A stretch of 32,000 nucleotides of DNA from Desulfatiglans anilini DSM 4660 (lineage in GTDB: Bacteria > Desulfobacterota > DSM-4660 > Desulfatiglandales > Desulfatiglandaceae): contig NZ_AULM01000011.1 of assembly GCF_000422285.1 (NCBI RefSeq), positions 76,425 to 108,424 of the forward strand. Direction: 5' to 3'. Below are positions 9,073 to 18,116 of the stretch, one piece after another; within the stretch, counting starts at the first letter, position 1, and the number at the start of each line of letters is the position of its first letter. The notes beneath the pieces were generated by a model that saw only the letters and a list, made by a program, of their open reading frames with translations, searched no databases and was not told the DNA's origin. A program made the translations under genes and the position numbers.

Positions 9073-9084
9073 TGTAAATTCTCC

Positions 9085-10161
9085 TTAGTCCAGCTTCAGC
9101 TTGATGGGCGTGGTCGCTTTTTCGAACAACAATTCAAAACCGGTTTTTTTGCCCAGAACGGATTCCTTCTTCTTTTTACCCCAGGCGCTTTCAGGACGGG
9201 CCTGTACGAGATAGATCGATTCAGGGAACGGCAGGCTTCCGGAGACGGCAAACTCGATATCCTGCGGGACGCCGAAGTGGGCCTCCACCTTCTTGGCGAG
9301 GCGCGCCAGTTCGATGATCTCCCGGTCTTCCAGGCAGGGGAGCTTCTTTTGGTCGGCAGGCAATTCCTTGTATTCCATTTTGCGGGTCTCGGGGTTGTAG
9401 GCGAATTCGCTCCCCTTATCGGAAATGACCCTTTCGTCGATTTCCAGGGTGATCTTGTCGACCAGATAGCGGTCCGGGTTGACGTTGCCCGAGACCACGG
9501 CCTCGCCGAAGCCGAAACCGGCCTCCATGGACACCTTCGACTCGTCGCCATTGATGGGGTTGAGCGAGAACATGACGCCGGCCGCCTTTGCGTCGACCAT
9601 CGTGAGAACCGCCACCCCGATCGGATCGTATTCGAGTTTGAGGCCCAAGCGTGCGCGGGCGATAATGGAACGGGTGTTGAACGTGCTCGCCCAGACGCTC
9701 CGGACGTATTTGACAACATCATCCGCGCCGCTCACGTTCAGGTAGGTTTCATACTGTCCCGGATGGCTGACGGGACCCGCCGAGCGTGTCGCGACAAACA
9801 GATCTTCCTTGCCGGTCTGCCGGCAGAGTTCGGCATAGTATTCGCGGATGGTCTTTTCCATGTCGGGCGGCAAGGCAATCGATTCAACCGTGCTGCGGAC
9901 CTCTTTGGAAAGGATGTCGAATTTTTCCGTGTCGGCCACACTTTCAGCGTCGGCCTTGAAATGTGAAAGGATTTTCAACACACGTTCGGTGGCTTCAGTC
10001 TCTTTCATGAACCGGTCGTAGGCGACAACGCTCAGCGCGAATCCAGGCGGGACGTGGAACCCGGCCTGTGTCAGTTCCCCGAGATTCGCACACTTCTTCC
10101 CCACAATATCGTTATGGTCTTTTGACAGTTCGCTCAGCCAGTAAATCCATTGGTCCGGCAT
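9085..10161 (-). CDS. PEP-synthase N-terminal (ATP-grasp, PPDK_N) protein, phenylphosphate synthase PpsB-like
   Basis: It has the VGKKCANLGEL nucleotide-binding motif and matches the PEP synthase N-terminal domain along its length. The track ORF extends to 10170, but GAGGAGG directly abuts that ATG. The ATG at 10161 has 9-nt spacing, so I prefer it; either start is possible. Confidence 0.85.
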   Translation of the reverse strand: MPDQWIYWLSELSKDHNDIVGKKCANLGELTQAGFHVPPGFALSVVAYDRFMKETEATERVLKILSHFKADAESVADTEKFDILSKEVRSTVESIALPPDMEKTIREYYAELCRQTGKEDLFVATRSAGPVSHPGQYETYLNVSGADDVVKYVRSVWASTFNTRSIIARARLGLKLEYDPIGVAVLTMVDAKAAGVMFSLNPINGDESKVSMEAGFGFGEAVVSGNVNPDRYLVDKITLEIDERVISDKGSEFAYNPETRKMEYKELPADQKKLPCLEDREIIELARLAKKVEAHFGVPQDIEFAVSGSLPFPESIYLVQARPESAWGKKKKESVLGKKTGFELLFEKATTPIKLKLD

Positions 10162-10259
10162 CTTCTTCATCCTCCTCTATGTTGCTGCCATGCAGCGCCT
10201 TCGCGCAAGGGGCGCCGGGGTATCCTTTCCTCGCCCCCGGCGCGAAGGGGTAAAAAATA

Positions 10260-12107
10260 TTAAACCCGTTTGACGATGGTCACTTTGCCGGTGCTTCCAT
10301 CCACGCGGATGATGTCCCCGGTCTTGATGACCTGAGTTGCGACCCCGGTTCCCGTTACGGAGGGCAGGCCGTATTCCCGCGACACGATGGCCGCGTGGGA
10401 TGTGAGACCACCGATATCCGTCACAGCCGCCTTGATCTTGGTAAAAACGGGCGCCCACGAGGGATTGGTCGTCGGCGCGACCATAATCTCTCCGGGCTCC
10501 AGCTTGGCAACGTCGGCCAGCATTTTGAGCACGCGGGCGGGTCCTTCGGCCACGCCGGCGGACGAGGGGAACCCGGTGATTTCATCCAGATCTCCGACTT
10601 CCATACCCGCACCCTTCAGCCATTCCTGCACCAGGTCGGTCGTGACGCCCCAGAGCATGAGGGTGAACGGTTCCGCGATCTGTTCGGGCGGCACCCCGAT
10701 GGCGGGCGTGGGATTCCACTTCGCTGCAGCTTCAAGGATCTTCTTCCGCTTTTCGGCCTTTGCCTGCCAGAAGGGGCCCCTGGTGGGTACGCCCTCGCCC
10801 AGGGCCCAGGCAGTGGCCAGATCCTCCAGGAGCATGGGGACCTCGAACCGGTTGAAGAGGTAAATGTCCTCAGGTTCGCCCAGGACGCCGTGCTTGGTGA
10901 GGATCTTCCCGAACTGATCGATCCGCTCGAACCAGATCGTGTGCAGCCAGTGTTCGACCCAGAAAAGGTGATCCTCTGCATAGCGGTAAATGGAGCGGAC
11001 GACCCTGTGCGCATCCTCGAAGGTCTTGCGGTCGTCTTCGGAGCGGATGAGGGCCTTGTATTCGGCGACAATCCGCTCTCTTTCCTCGGAAATGCTCTCG
11101 AGTTTCCGCTCGATCGTCTCGCCTTTCTCGAGGCGTTCGACGTAGCTCTGCATGTAACTGAAAGGGAGGTCCATCGTGTTGATCCAACTGCCTTCGTAGT
11201 GGAACCAGCCGCTGCCGTTCGAGACGTAGAACCACGGGTTCTTGATCTTGTCCATCTCCTCGATCCAGGCCTTTCCTTCGGGCGTGGTCCTGAGGATGTT
11301 CATCTTCTCTTCGGCGGTGCCCTTCTGCTTCAAGACCTCGGCGACGGAGCGGTGGCTCATGGCCAGCCGGCTCAAGCGGCAGAGTTCTTCCTCGGGCCGG
11401 AACATGGAGACGTCCGCCCCGGCGACCATCTTGCCGATCGTGCCTTCCTTGATCCCCGGGAAGAGCTTCCGGGAGGTGTCCACGAACATCAGGTAGGCCA
11501 GGTAGGCCAGGTTGAGATACTGGAAGTGATACTGCCAGGCCCGGATGATGAGATTGACGATGTCGTTGAAGTTTTCCATGAGGACGTTGGCTTCGGTAAA
11601 CCCCTTGGGGGTGGGAATGACGTCCTCATCGGGCACGAACTCATATAGCTCTTTCGGGATGTGTATGGCCTCCATGTCGTGGCCGAGCTTGTGGAATTTC
11701 ACGAGCCATTCTTCCCACTGCCGGGCGTAGTTATCGAAGGTATAAGGGACCCGCTTCCCGAAGAGTTCGGCCTTCTTCTGGATGACGTCCCCCGGGGGCG
11801 ATTCGACGGCGCTGATGTACATATAGCACCCCAGGATCCGTTGGGCGACGCCCTGGGCCGGGGGGATGCAGAAGACCCTGGTGTTGTACTGGGACAGAGC
11901 GATCTGCCAGGCTTCCTGGAAGATGTCGTCCAGCGGGTAGAGCGGATCGGCGGCGTGGATCTTGTCGTGGTACCAGAAATGCCGCTTTTCCCAGGCCTCC
12001 CGGTCCTTGCTGAAAAGACGCTGGGGCGCGTACATTTCTTCCCATCCCTCCATCTCGGGTGGCAATTCGATTTCATCTGCAAATGGAAATTGGATCGGTG
12101 CTGCCAT
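10260..12107 (-). CDS. PEP-utilising enzyme with mobile phosphohistidine domain, phenylphosphate synthase PpsA-like
   Basis: The C-terminal motif GGLTSHAAIVSREYGLPSVTG is the swivelling phospho-His domain. The track ORF extends to 12254 and overlaps the upstream gene. The ATG at 12107 is preceded by AGGGGGGAA and begins MAAPIQFPF, giving 615 aa. Confidence 0.85.
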   Translation of the reverse strand: MAAPIQFPFADEIELPPEMEGWEEMYAPQRLFSKDREAWEKRHFWYHDKIHAADPLYPLDDIFQEAWQIALSQYNTRVFCIPPAQGVAQRILGCYMYISAVESPPGDVIQKKAELFGKRVPYTFDNYARQWEEWLVKFHKLGHDMEAIHIPKELYEFVPDEDVIPTPKGFTEANVLMENFNDIVNLIIRAWQYHFQYLNLAYLAYLMFVDTSRKLFPGIKEGTIGKMVAGADVSMFRPEEELCRLSRLAMSHRSVAEVLKQKGTAEEKMNILRTTPEGKAWIEEMDKIKNPWFYVSNGSGWFHYEGSWINTMDLPFSYMQSYVERLEKGETIERKLESISEERERIVAEYKALIRSEDDRKTFEDAHRVVRSIYRYAEDHLFWVEHWLHTIWFERIDQFGKILTKHGVLGEPEDIYLFNRFEVPMLLEDLATAWALGEGVPTRGPFWQAKAEKRKKILEAAAKWNPTPAIGVPPEQIAEPFTLMLWGVTTDLVQEWLKGAGMEVGDLDEITGFPSSAGVAEGPARVLKMLADVAKLEPGEIMVAPTTNPSWAPVFTKIKAAVTDIGGLTSHAAIVSREYGLPSVTGTGVATQVIKTGDIIRVDGSTGKVTIVKRV

Positions 12108-12192
12108 GATGTTCCCCCCTCTTTTTGGTTGAATGCCCGGTGTTCCCTCGACCCGCCGCCCGCGTTTTCCGCGGGAGCGGGTCAGCCCCTGA

Positions 12193-14544
12193 TTACTTCC
12201 CCTTGGCCTTCTGAATGGCCATGAAGACCCTTTCCGGCGTGAGCGGAAGCTCATCGATCCGAACGCCGATCGCGTCGTGTACCGCGTTCAGGATGGCCGG
12301 GATCGTGGGCATGATGGCCCCTTCCCCAACCTCCTTGGCCCCGAACGGACCGTTCGGCTCTCCGGTTTCCACCACGATGGTGTTGACGTTGGGCATGTCC
12401 AGGGCCGTGGCGATCTTGTACTCGCCAAGGTTGCCGTTGAGCACCCGCCCCTTGGCGTCGATCTTCACCTCTTCATAGAGGGCCTCACCGAGCCCCATGG
12501 AGAGCGATCCCTGCATCTGTCCCTCGACGGAGGTCACGTTGATCGCCAGACCGCAGTCGTGGGCGTCCGTCATCTGGTCTACCTTGACGCGTCCGGTTTC
12601 GAGGTCGACCGTCACCTCCACAACCTGGGCGGAGCAGCCATAGGCCGGCGAGGTCCCGACGGCCGCCCCTTTGAATTTGCCGCCCAGTGCCGGCGGCTTG
12701 TACTTCCCGGTTCCGACGATGCTGCCTCTGGCGAGGTAGGCCATGCGGGCGGCCTCCCTGAAGGTGAGTTTGTCTCCGGTGGGCGGATCGGTCCAGCCCC
12801 GATGCTCTTTGATGTAAGCCGTGCGCAGGCCGCTGAAATCCACGTCTTTTTTAAAGTGGATCAGGCCGTCTTTGATGTCCATCTCGTCCATCGGGACGCC
12901 GAGGATCTCGGAGACGACCTCCAATACCTGTCGTTTGACGTCCTCGGCCGCCTCTTTGGCCGCGTGCCCGCTCATCAAGGTCTGGCGGCTCGAATAGGCG
13001 CCGAGATCCACGCCGTAGTCCGTGCTGCCCGAGGAGACCTTGATGTCCTCCAGCCTCACCCCCAGGGCCTCGGCCGCGATCATGCCCATCGTCGTATCGG
13101 AGCCCTGCCCGATTTCGGCGGAGGCCGTCAGGAGATCGGCTGTGCCGCCGTCTTCCCGCAGCTTCAGAACGGCTGTCGAATGGTAGGTGTCCGAACGGTA
13201 GATCGGATACCCGGCGCCCGAAACGAAGAATCCGCAGGCGATCCCGATTCCCTTGCCGGGGGGGAGCTTGCCCTTCTTGGCGTTCCAGTCCGAGCCGTTC
13301 TTCACGGCCTCGATGCATTCCTTCATGCCGAGGCTGCTCATGTTCAGGTCGTTGCAGGTGGTGTCTCCGCGCTCCATCATGTTTTTCAGGCGGAAATCGA
13401 CCGGATCGATGCCCAGTTCCTGGGCGATGGCATCCAGTTGCTGCTCCCAGGCCGCCCGCGCCGCCACGCCGCCGTGCCCGCGCTGGGCCCCGCAGGTGGG
13501 CTTGTTCGTGTAGATCCGATAGCCGTCGTACTTCATGTTGGGCAGCCTGTAGGGGCCGCCGAGGAGGGATCCGGCGTAGTAGACCGTGGCGATCCCGAAA
13601 CTCGTGTAAGCGCCCCCTTCCAGGTAGCACTTGTTGGTCAGCGCCATCAGGGTCCCGTCCTTTTTGACTCCGGTGGTCAATTCGTGGAAGAACTGGTGCC
13701 GCGCGCGGGAGTGTAGAAAGACCTGTTCCCGGGAATAGTTCATCTTGACCGGCTTGCCCGTCTTCATGGACATGAGGGAGGCCGCCATCTCGAGCGGGAT
13801 GGCCTCGGCCTTGGGCCCGAAGCCGCCGCCCACGTAGGGTTTGATCACGCGCACCTTTCCGATGGGGAGACGGAGCACCATGGCCGCGGTGCGCTGCACG
13901 TAATGCGGTGTCTGGGTGGAGGTGTTAAGGGTGAGCTCTCCCGTCAAGGGATCGAAGGCCGCCAGACAGCCGTGCGGCTCGAGGAAGGCGGCGTCCTGAC
14001 GCTTGTTGACGAAGGTGTCCGTGCGGATGAGGTCACACTGCTTGAAGGCCTCTTCGACGTTCCCGAACTCCTGGTGTACCTCGGCGCAGATGTTGCCCGG
14101 ATAGTCCGAGTGGATCAGCGGGGCCCCTTCGGCCATGGCGTCTTCGATCGTCATGAGGGGCGAAAGTTCCTCGTAATCCACCTGGATCAGCGAGACGGCC
14201 TCCATCGCCGTTTCAAGATCGACGGCGGCCACTGCCGCGATCTCGTCGCCGATGTAACGCACCTTGTCGTGGCAGAAGAGGGTTTCATCGTAGCGGGCAG
14301 GGCTCACGCCGTACTTGACGAGGCCGGCTTCGGCGGCCGTAACGACGCACTTGACCCCCGGAAGCTTCAAGGCCTTGGAGGTGTCGATGTTCAGGATCTT
14401 GGCGTGGGCGATCGGGCTTTGAAGCAGGGCACCGTAAAGCATGCCCGGCATCTTCAGATCGTCGACATATTGCGCGCGTCCCGTGGCCTTGGCCGGTGCG
14501 TCCAGCCTTGGCGCCCTGCGGTTGATGACGCTGTGTTGGCTCAT
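12193..14544 (-). CDS. Xanthine dehydrogenase family molybdopterin-binding large subunit (4-hydroxybenzoyl-CoA reductase HcrA-like)
   Basis: 783 aa. The N-terminus APRLDAPAKATGRAQYVDDLKMPGMLYG is typical of the aldehyde oxidase/XDH a/b-hammerhead plus MoCo domains. SD GAGAGGAG is present. Confidence 0.9.
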   Translation of the reverse strand: MSQHSVINRRAPRLDAPAKATGRAQYVDDLKMPGMLYGALLQSPIAHAKILNIDTSKALKLPGVKCVVTAAEAGLVKYGVSPARYDETLFCHDKVRYIGDEIAAVAAVDLETAMEAVSLIQVDYEELSPLMTIEDAMAEGAPLIHSDYPGNICAEVHQEFGNVEEAFKQCDLIRTDTFVNKRQDAAFLEPHGCLAAFDPLTGELTLNTSTQTPHYVQRTAAMVLRLPIGKVRVIKPYVGGGFGPKAEAIPLEMAASLMSMKTGKPVKMNYSREQVFLHSRARHQFFHELTTGVKKDGTLMALTNKCYLEGGAYTSFGIATVYYAGSLLGGPYRLPNMKYDGYRIYTNKPTCGAQRGHGGVAARAAWEQQLDAIAQELGIDPVDFRLKNMMERGDTTCNDLNMSSLGMKECIEAVKNGSDWNAKKGKLPPGKGIGIACGFFVSGAGYPIYRSDTYHSTAVLKLREDGGTADLLTASAEIGQGSDTTMGMIAAEALGVRLEDIKVSSGSTDYGVDLGAYSSRQTLMSGHAAKEAAEDVKRQVLEVVSEILGVPMDEMDIKDGLIHFKKDVDFSGLRTAYIKEHRGWTDPPTGDKLTFREAARMAYLARGSIVGTGKYKPPALGGKFKGAAVGTSPAYGCSAQVVEVTVDLETGRVKVDQMTDAHDCGLAINVTSVEGQMQGSLSMGLGEALYEEVKIDAKGRVLNGNLGEYKIATALDMPNVNTIVVETGEPNGPFGAKEVGEGAIMPTIPAILNAVHDAIGVRIDELPLTPERVFMAIQKAKGK

Positions 14545-14696
14545 GGTCTTTCACTCCTCTCGATAGCTTGGATCGGGTTTTGATGTCTGCGTTGTTTTCA
14601 GGTCTCAGGCTCGGTTGGTCCAGGGAATCAGCAGACCGGAGGCCTCTTTGCAGGGGCGCCGGCCGGAGCGGACCCGGAAATGTTCACCCGGCCTGA

Positions 14697-15161
14697 TCAA
14701 CGGGCGCGGCCGACGTCGAGGATGGCCTCGACGATCTTCTGATAGCCTGTGCAGCGACAAAGGTTTCCGGAAAGCGCGCGTCTGACCTCAGCCTCGTTGG
14801 GATGCGGATTTTTTTCGAGCAGGCTCTTGGCCGAAAGGATCATCCCTGGCGTGCAGAAGCCGCACTGGATCGAACCGTGGTCGATGAAAGCCTGCTGCAA
14901 CGGGTGCAGACCTTTGCCCGTTTCCACGCCTTCGATGGTGGTGATGCTTTTCCCGTCGGCCTGCACGGCCAGGACGAGGCAGGAGTTGACGGCTTTTCCA
15001 TCCATGATGACCGTACAGGCCCCGCAGTCCCCCAGATCACAGCCTTTTTTGGTGCCGGTCAGGCCCAGTTCGTATCGCAGAAGGTCCGTGAGGGTGAGGT
15101 TTGGTGCCACGGCCACTTCCATTTCTTCACCGTTGATGGTCAGTCGGATCAATTTTTTCAT
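14697..15161 (-). CDS. XDH-family [2Fe-2S] small subunit
   Basis: 154 aa with a plant-type cluster motif CDLGDCGACTV and a second cluster motif CGFCTPG...CRCTGY. Confidence 0.92.
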   Translation of the reverse strand: MKKLIRLTINGEEMEVAVAPNLTLTDLLRYELGLTGTKKGCDLGDCGACTVIMDGKAVNSCLVLAVQADGKSITTIEGVETGKGLHPLQQAFIDHGSIQCGFCTPGMILSAKSLLEKNPHPNEAEVRRALSGNLCRCTGYQKIVEAILDVGRAR

Positions 15162-15175
15162 CGTCTCATTCTCCT

Positions 15176-16063
15176 CTAGCTTCTGGCCCGGGCGTCCTTG
15201 AGGGCCGCATCGAGGGCGCGTTTCGTCAGGACCCCCACCATGGCCCGCCGGTATGCGGCGGATCCGCGGAAGTCGTCGATCGGGCGGCTGTCGCCCGAGG
15301 CTGCATTCGCTGCTTTCTCGAACAGTGCGTCGGAGGGCTTTTCGCCGATCAGCGCATTTTCGGCCGACGGCGCCCGGATGGGCGTGGGGGCGACCGAACC
15401 GAGGACCACCCGTGCGGCCTTGATCGGTCCGTCCGGACCATCGAGAGCGATGAAGGCCGCCACGTTGACGAGGGAGATCTCGAGCGCCTCACGAACCCCG
15501 AGCTTCTGGTACCCGGCTCCCGAGTTCGGGAGCGGTGCCGGCAGGAGAAAAGCGGTCAGAAGTTCATCCTGGGCCAGGATCGTGGCGCCCGGGCCGGTAA
15601 AGAGCGATTCCACCGGGACGGTGCGCTCGCCGCCTGTTTTCTGGAGCACGGCCTCTGCACCATAGGCGATAAGGGACGGGGGAAGGTCGGCCGCCGGACG
15701 GGCCGAAACCACATTGCCGGCGATGGTCGCGAGGTTTCTGACCAGCGGGGAACCGAGCCAGCCCGCGCCGGAGGCGAGGGCGGCAAAGGTCTTCTTCACC
15801 AGCGCGTTTTCGGCCAGATCCGCCACGTTTTCACGGGCGCCGATGCGCACCTGCCCATTTTTCTTGTCCACCCCTTTCAGGTCTGCGATTTTTCCGACGG
15901 AGATCACATTCGCCGTGGTGAAGACCTTTTTTTTGAGGTTGACCAAAAGGTCCGTTCCGCCTGCCAGAACTTTTCCGTCCCCTTTGAACTGTGACAGCAG
16001 TTCGCAGACATTCGCCACGCTCCCGGGCTCATGGTAATCGAATCTAGGTAAAAGCATCTTCAT
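15176..16063 (-). CDS. XDH-family FAD-binding medium subunit (CoxM/HcrB-like)
   Basis: 295 aa with the VLAGGTDLLVNLK FAD motif. The whole protein has only one Cys. An alternative start at 16057 has better SD spacing. Confidence 0.88.
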   Translation of the reverse strand: MKMLLPRFDYHEPGSVANVCELLSQFKGDGKVLAGGTDLLVNLKKKVFTTANVISVGKIADLKGVDKKNGQVRIGARENVADLAENALVKKTFAALASGAGWLGSPLVRNLATIAGNVVSARPAADLPPSLIAYGAEAVLQKTGGERTVPVESLFTGPGATILAQDELLTAFLLPAPLPNSGAGYQKLGVREALEISLVNVAAFIALDGPDGPIKAARVVLGSVAPTPIRAPSAENALIGEKPSDALFEKAANAASGDSRPIDDFRGSAAYRRAMVGVLTKRALDAALKDARARS

Positions 16064-16099
16064 CTCTCCTTTGTTGTCCCTGGGCTCAAACCCGTGCGC

Positions 16100-16681
16100 C
16101 TATCGGGGCTTCGCGGACGTTTCCTCGCCCCAGCGCTGGAACAGGTTGTGCTCGATTCCGAGGTAATCAAAGATTTTTCCAATGGTCTGATCGAGGATGT
16201 CCTCGATGGTTTTGGGTTGGTGGTAGAACGACGGCACGGGAGGCAGAAGATGGGCGCCCATGTCGGCGGCGGTCATCATGAGCCTGAGGTGCCCCTTATG
16301 TAAAGGTGTTTCGCGGACGACCAGCACCAGTTTGCGCTTCTCCTTCAGCGTGACGTCGGCGGCGCGGACGAGAAGATTTTCGGTGTAGGAATTGGCGATT
16401 CCCGAGAGGCTCTTGATCGTGCAGGGTGCGACGACCATTCCCGAGGTGAGGAAGGATCCGCTGGCGAGGGCCGCACCGACGTCGCGGTGATCATAGCAGT
16501 ATGCGGCCATGGCTTCAATATCCTTTGCGGTATACCTGGTTTCGATCTCGATATTTTTTTTGCCTGATGGCGAGATGATGAGGTGGGTTTCGACATCGGT
16601 TTTACTGAGGTGTTCCATTAGACGTACGCCATAGATGACGCCGCTGGCGCCCGAAATGGCTACGACGATTCGTTGATTCAT
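16100..16681 (-). CDS. ubiX: Flavin prenyltransferase UbiX (prFMN synthase)
   Basis: 193 aa with RIVVAISGASGVIYGVRLMEHL and a length and C-terminus typical of UbiX/Pad1. Confidence 0.92.
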   Translation of the reverse strand: MNQRIVVAISGASGVIYGVRLMEHLSKTDVETHLIISPSGKKNIEIETRYTAKDIEAMAAYCYDHRDVGAALASGSFLTSGMVVAPCTIKSLSGIANSYTENLLVRAADVTLKEKRKLVLVVRETPLHKGHLRLMMTAADMGAHLLPPVPSFYHQPKTIEDILDQTIGKIFDYLGIEHNLFQRWGEETSAKPR

Positions 16682-16901
16682 GGCAACCCCTTGCTATTCC
16701 CCCTGCATGGCCGAGGGTAGGTGTTTCAAACGGGAGAAATTCCGCAGGCCATGCTATACGCCCCGGCCCGCCGGTGGCAGGGAACTCCGGCTGCCGGGGA
16801 TATGGTGTAGCATGGGCGGAACATCTCTGCTTGGTTCTTTTTCGATCAGGGTGTTTCTCCTCCCTGATGCCTTGTGCATTGAAATCGCTGCAAGCCCCCT
16901 A

Positions 16902-18113
16902 TTAAAAAATTTGGAGGGATGCTTTGACGACCGCCGCTGCAAAGGCTGGATCCTCCATGTTGGCGTCCACTTCGAGGATTTCGATGTCAGGTTTGAGGCC
17001 TTTGCGCAACTCCCCCGCAAAGACGAGGTCCTCTTCGGGGTTGTGGGTGGCATTTCCCGGATAATCGACGGAAGACCATCCTTTGAGGGGGATGAGGACC
17101 TTTACGGGACCTTTGGAGCGGTTGAGTTTTTCCCGGAACGACCCTGCCACTTCGCGCAGTTCGTCGGCCGAGAGGCGGATCCAGGTTCGGAACCGGTCGA
17201 GATCGTATTTCGGCCGCTGCGCATAATCCGGCTTGTACTTGGATTTGGCCGGCGTCATGTGATTGACGCTGCAGGTCGAGATGATCTGCGGTAGCCCGGC
17301 CTCACCGGCGGACTCGAGACGCCTCGGCCCCGCGTCCCGCATGAAGCCGAACAGGTGTTCGCCGACGCCGCCGGGTGCCAGATCGACGACCCCGCTAAAC
17401 AGTCCGTCGGCGATCATGTCTTCCATCGCACGGTCGCAGACCCCGGCCGCAGAAAACCCGATGACCTGGTATCCCTCCTGGGTCAAAGCTTCGCGGACGG
17501 AACTGGCGCATTTCTCACAAGGCCCGAGCATGGTGAGGGCGATGGCCTTGCCTGCAGTGGAGCGGGGGGAGATGATGTCATCCTGCACCTGGCCCGCCAT
17601 GGCGGCCGCCGCCCGATCCAGGACGTTTTTCAAGAGGTCCGAGAGCCCCGATATCTCGATGACCGAGTGAAAAAGGGCGATGTCTCCTGTACCGATGTAC
17701 CGGGTGGAAAGGCCCGGCAGGGCGGCGGTGGAGGAGATCATCAGCTTGGGTACGCCGAAGGGCAGCGCCCGCATGACATCCGTCGCCATTAGGGACCCGG
17801 TGGAGCCCCCGAGCCCGACGACGCCGCTGAGTTGGCCTTCCTTCTGCAGATCCTGGGCGATCCTTGCGCCACCCCGGATCATGGTGTTGGTGATTTTAGA
17901 GCGTTCACGGGATTCGCGAACCTCCTGCAGGCTGCTCCCGCCGGCCTCGGCCACGCGGCCGGGGCCGATGTCGGCGGGGGAAGCCTCGTCGCCGCGCATC
18001 GAGATATCCATCAAGAGGGGCTCGAGGCCCCTGGCCTCGAGCCGTTCCTTCAGATACAGGGTCTCCTGCCCTTTAGTATCCAGGGTGGATATCACCAGGA
18101 CTTTCTTGCCCAT
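16902..18113 (-). CDS. UPF0261 / Tm-1-like ATP-binding domain protein, paralogue 1
   Basis: 403 aa with KKVLVISTLDTKGQETLYLKERLE, GLGGSTGS and PKLMISS. It resembles the N-terminal ATP-binding domain family of Tm-1 (UPF0261). The start lies 3 nt after the ligase stop. Confidence 0.8.
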   Translation of the reverse strand: MGKKVLVISTLDTKGQETLYLKERLEARGLEPLLMDISMRGDEASPADIGPGRVAEAGGSSLQEVRESRERSKITNTMIRGGARIAQDLQKEGQLSGVVGLGGSTGSLMATDVMRALPFGVPKLMISSTAALPGLSTRYIGTGDIALFHSVIEISGLSDLLKNVLDRAAAAMAGQVQDDIISPRSTAGKAIALTMLGPCEKCASSVREALTQEGYQVIGFSAAGVCDRAMEDMIADGLFSGVVDLAPGGVGEHLFGFMRDAGPRRLESAGEAGLPQIISTCSVNHMTPAKSKYKPDYAQRPKYDLDRFRTWIRLSADELREVAGSFREKLNRSKGPVKVLIPLKGWSSVDYPGNATHNPEEDLVFAGELRKGLKPDIEILEVDANMEDPAFAAAVVKASLQIF

Positions 18114-18116
18114 GAT

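Noticed and set aside
12108-12254. N-terminal 49-codon extension of the PpsA-like ORF, and the similar 111-codon extension of the ligase ORF to 20108
   Set aside because: The extensions are Arg/Ser/Gly-rich and overlap the upstream genes. Internal ATGs with good SDs give N-termini that match the families.
10395-13716. Long + strand ORFs (10395..11648, 12277..13716, and similarly 8989..9966, 18384..19877, 20287..21120)
   Set aside because: All are antisense to strongly supported minus-strand enzymes, and none has an SD or recognisable motifs.
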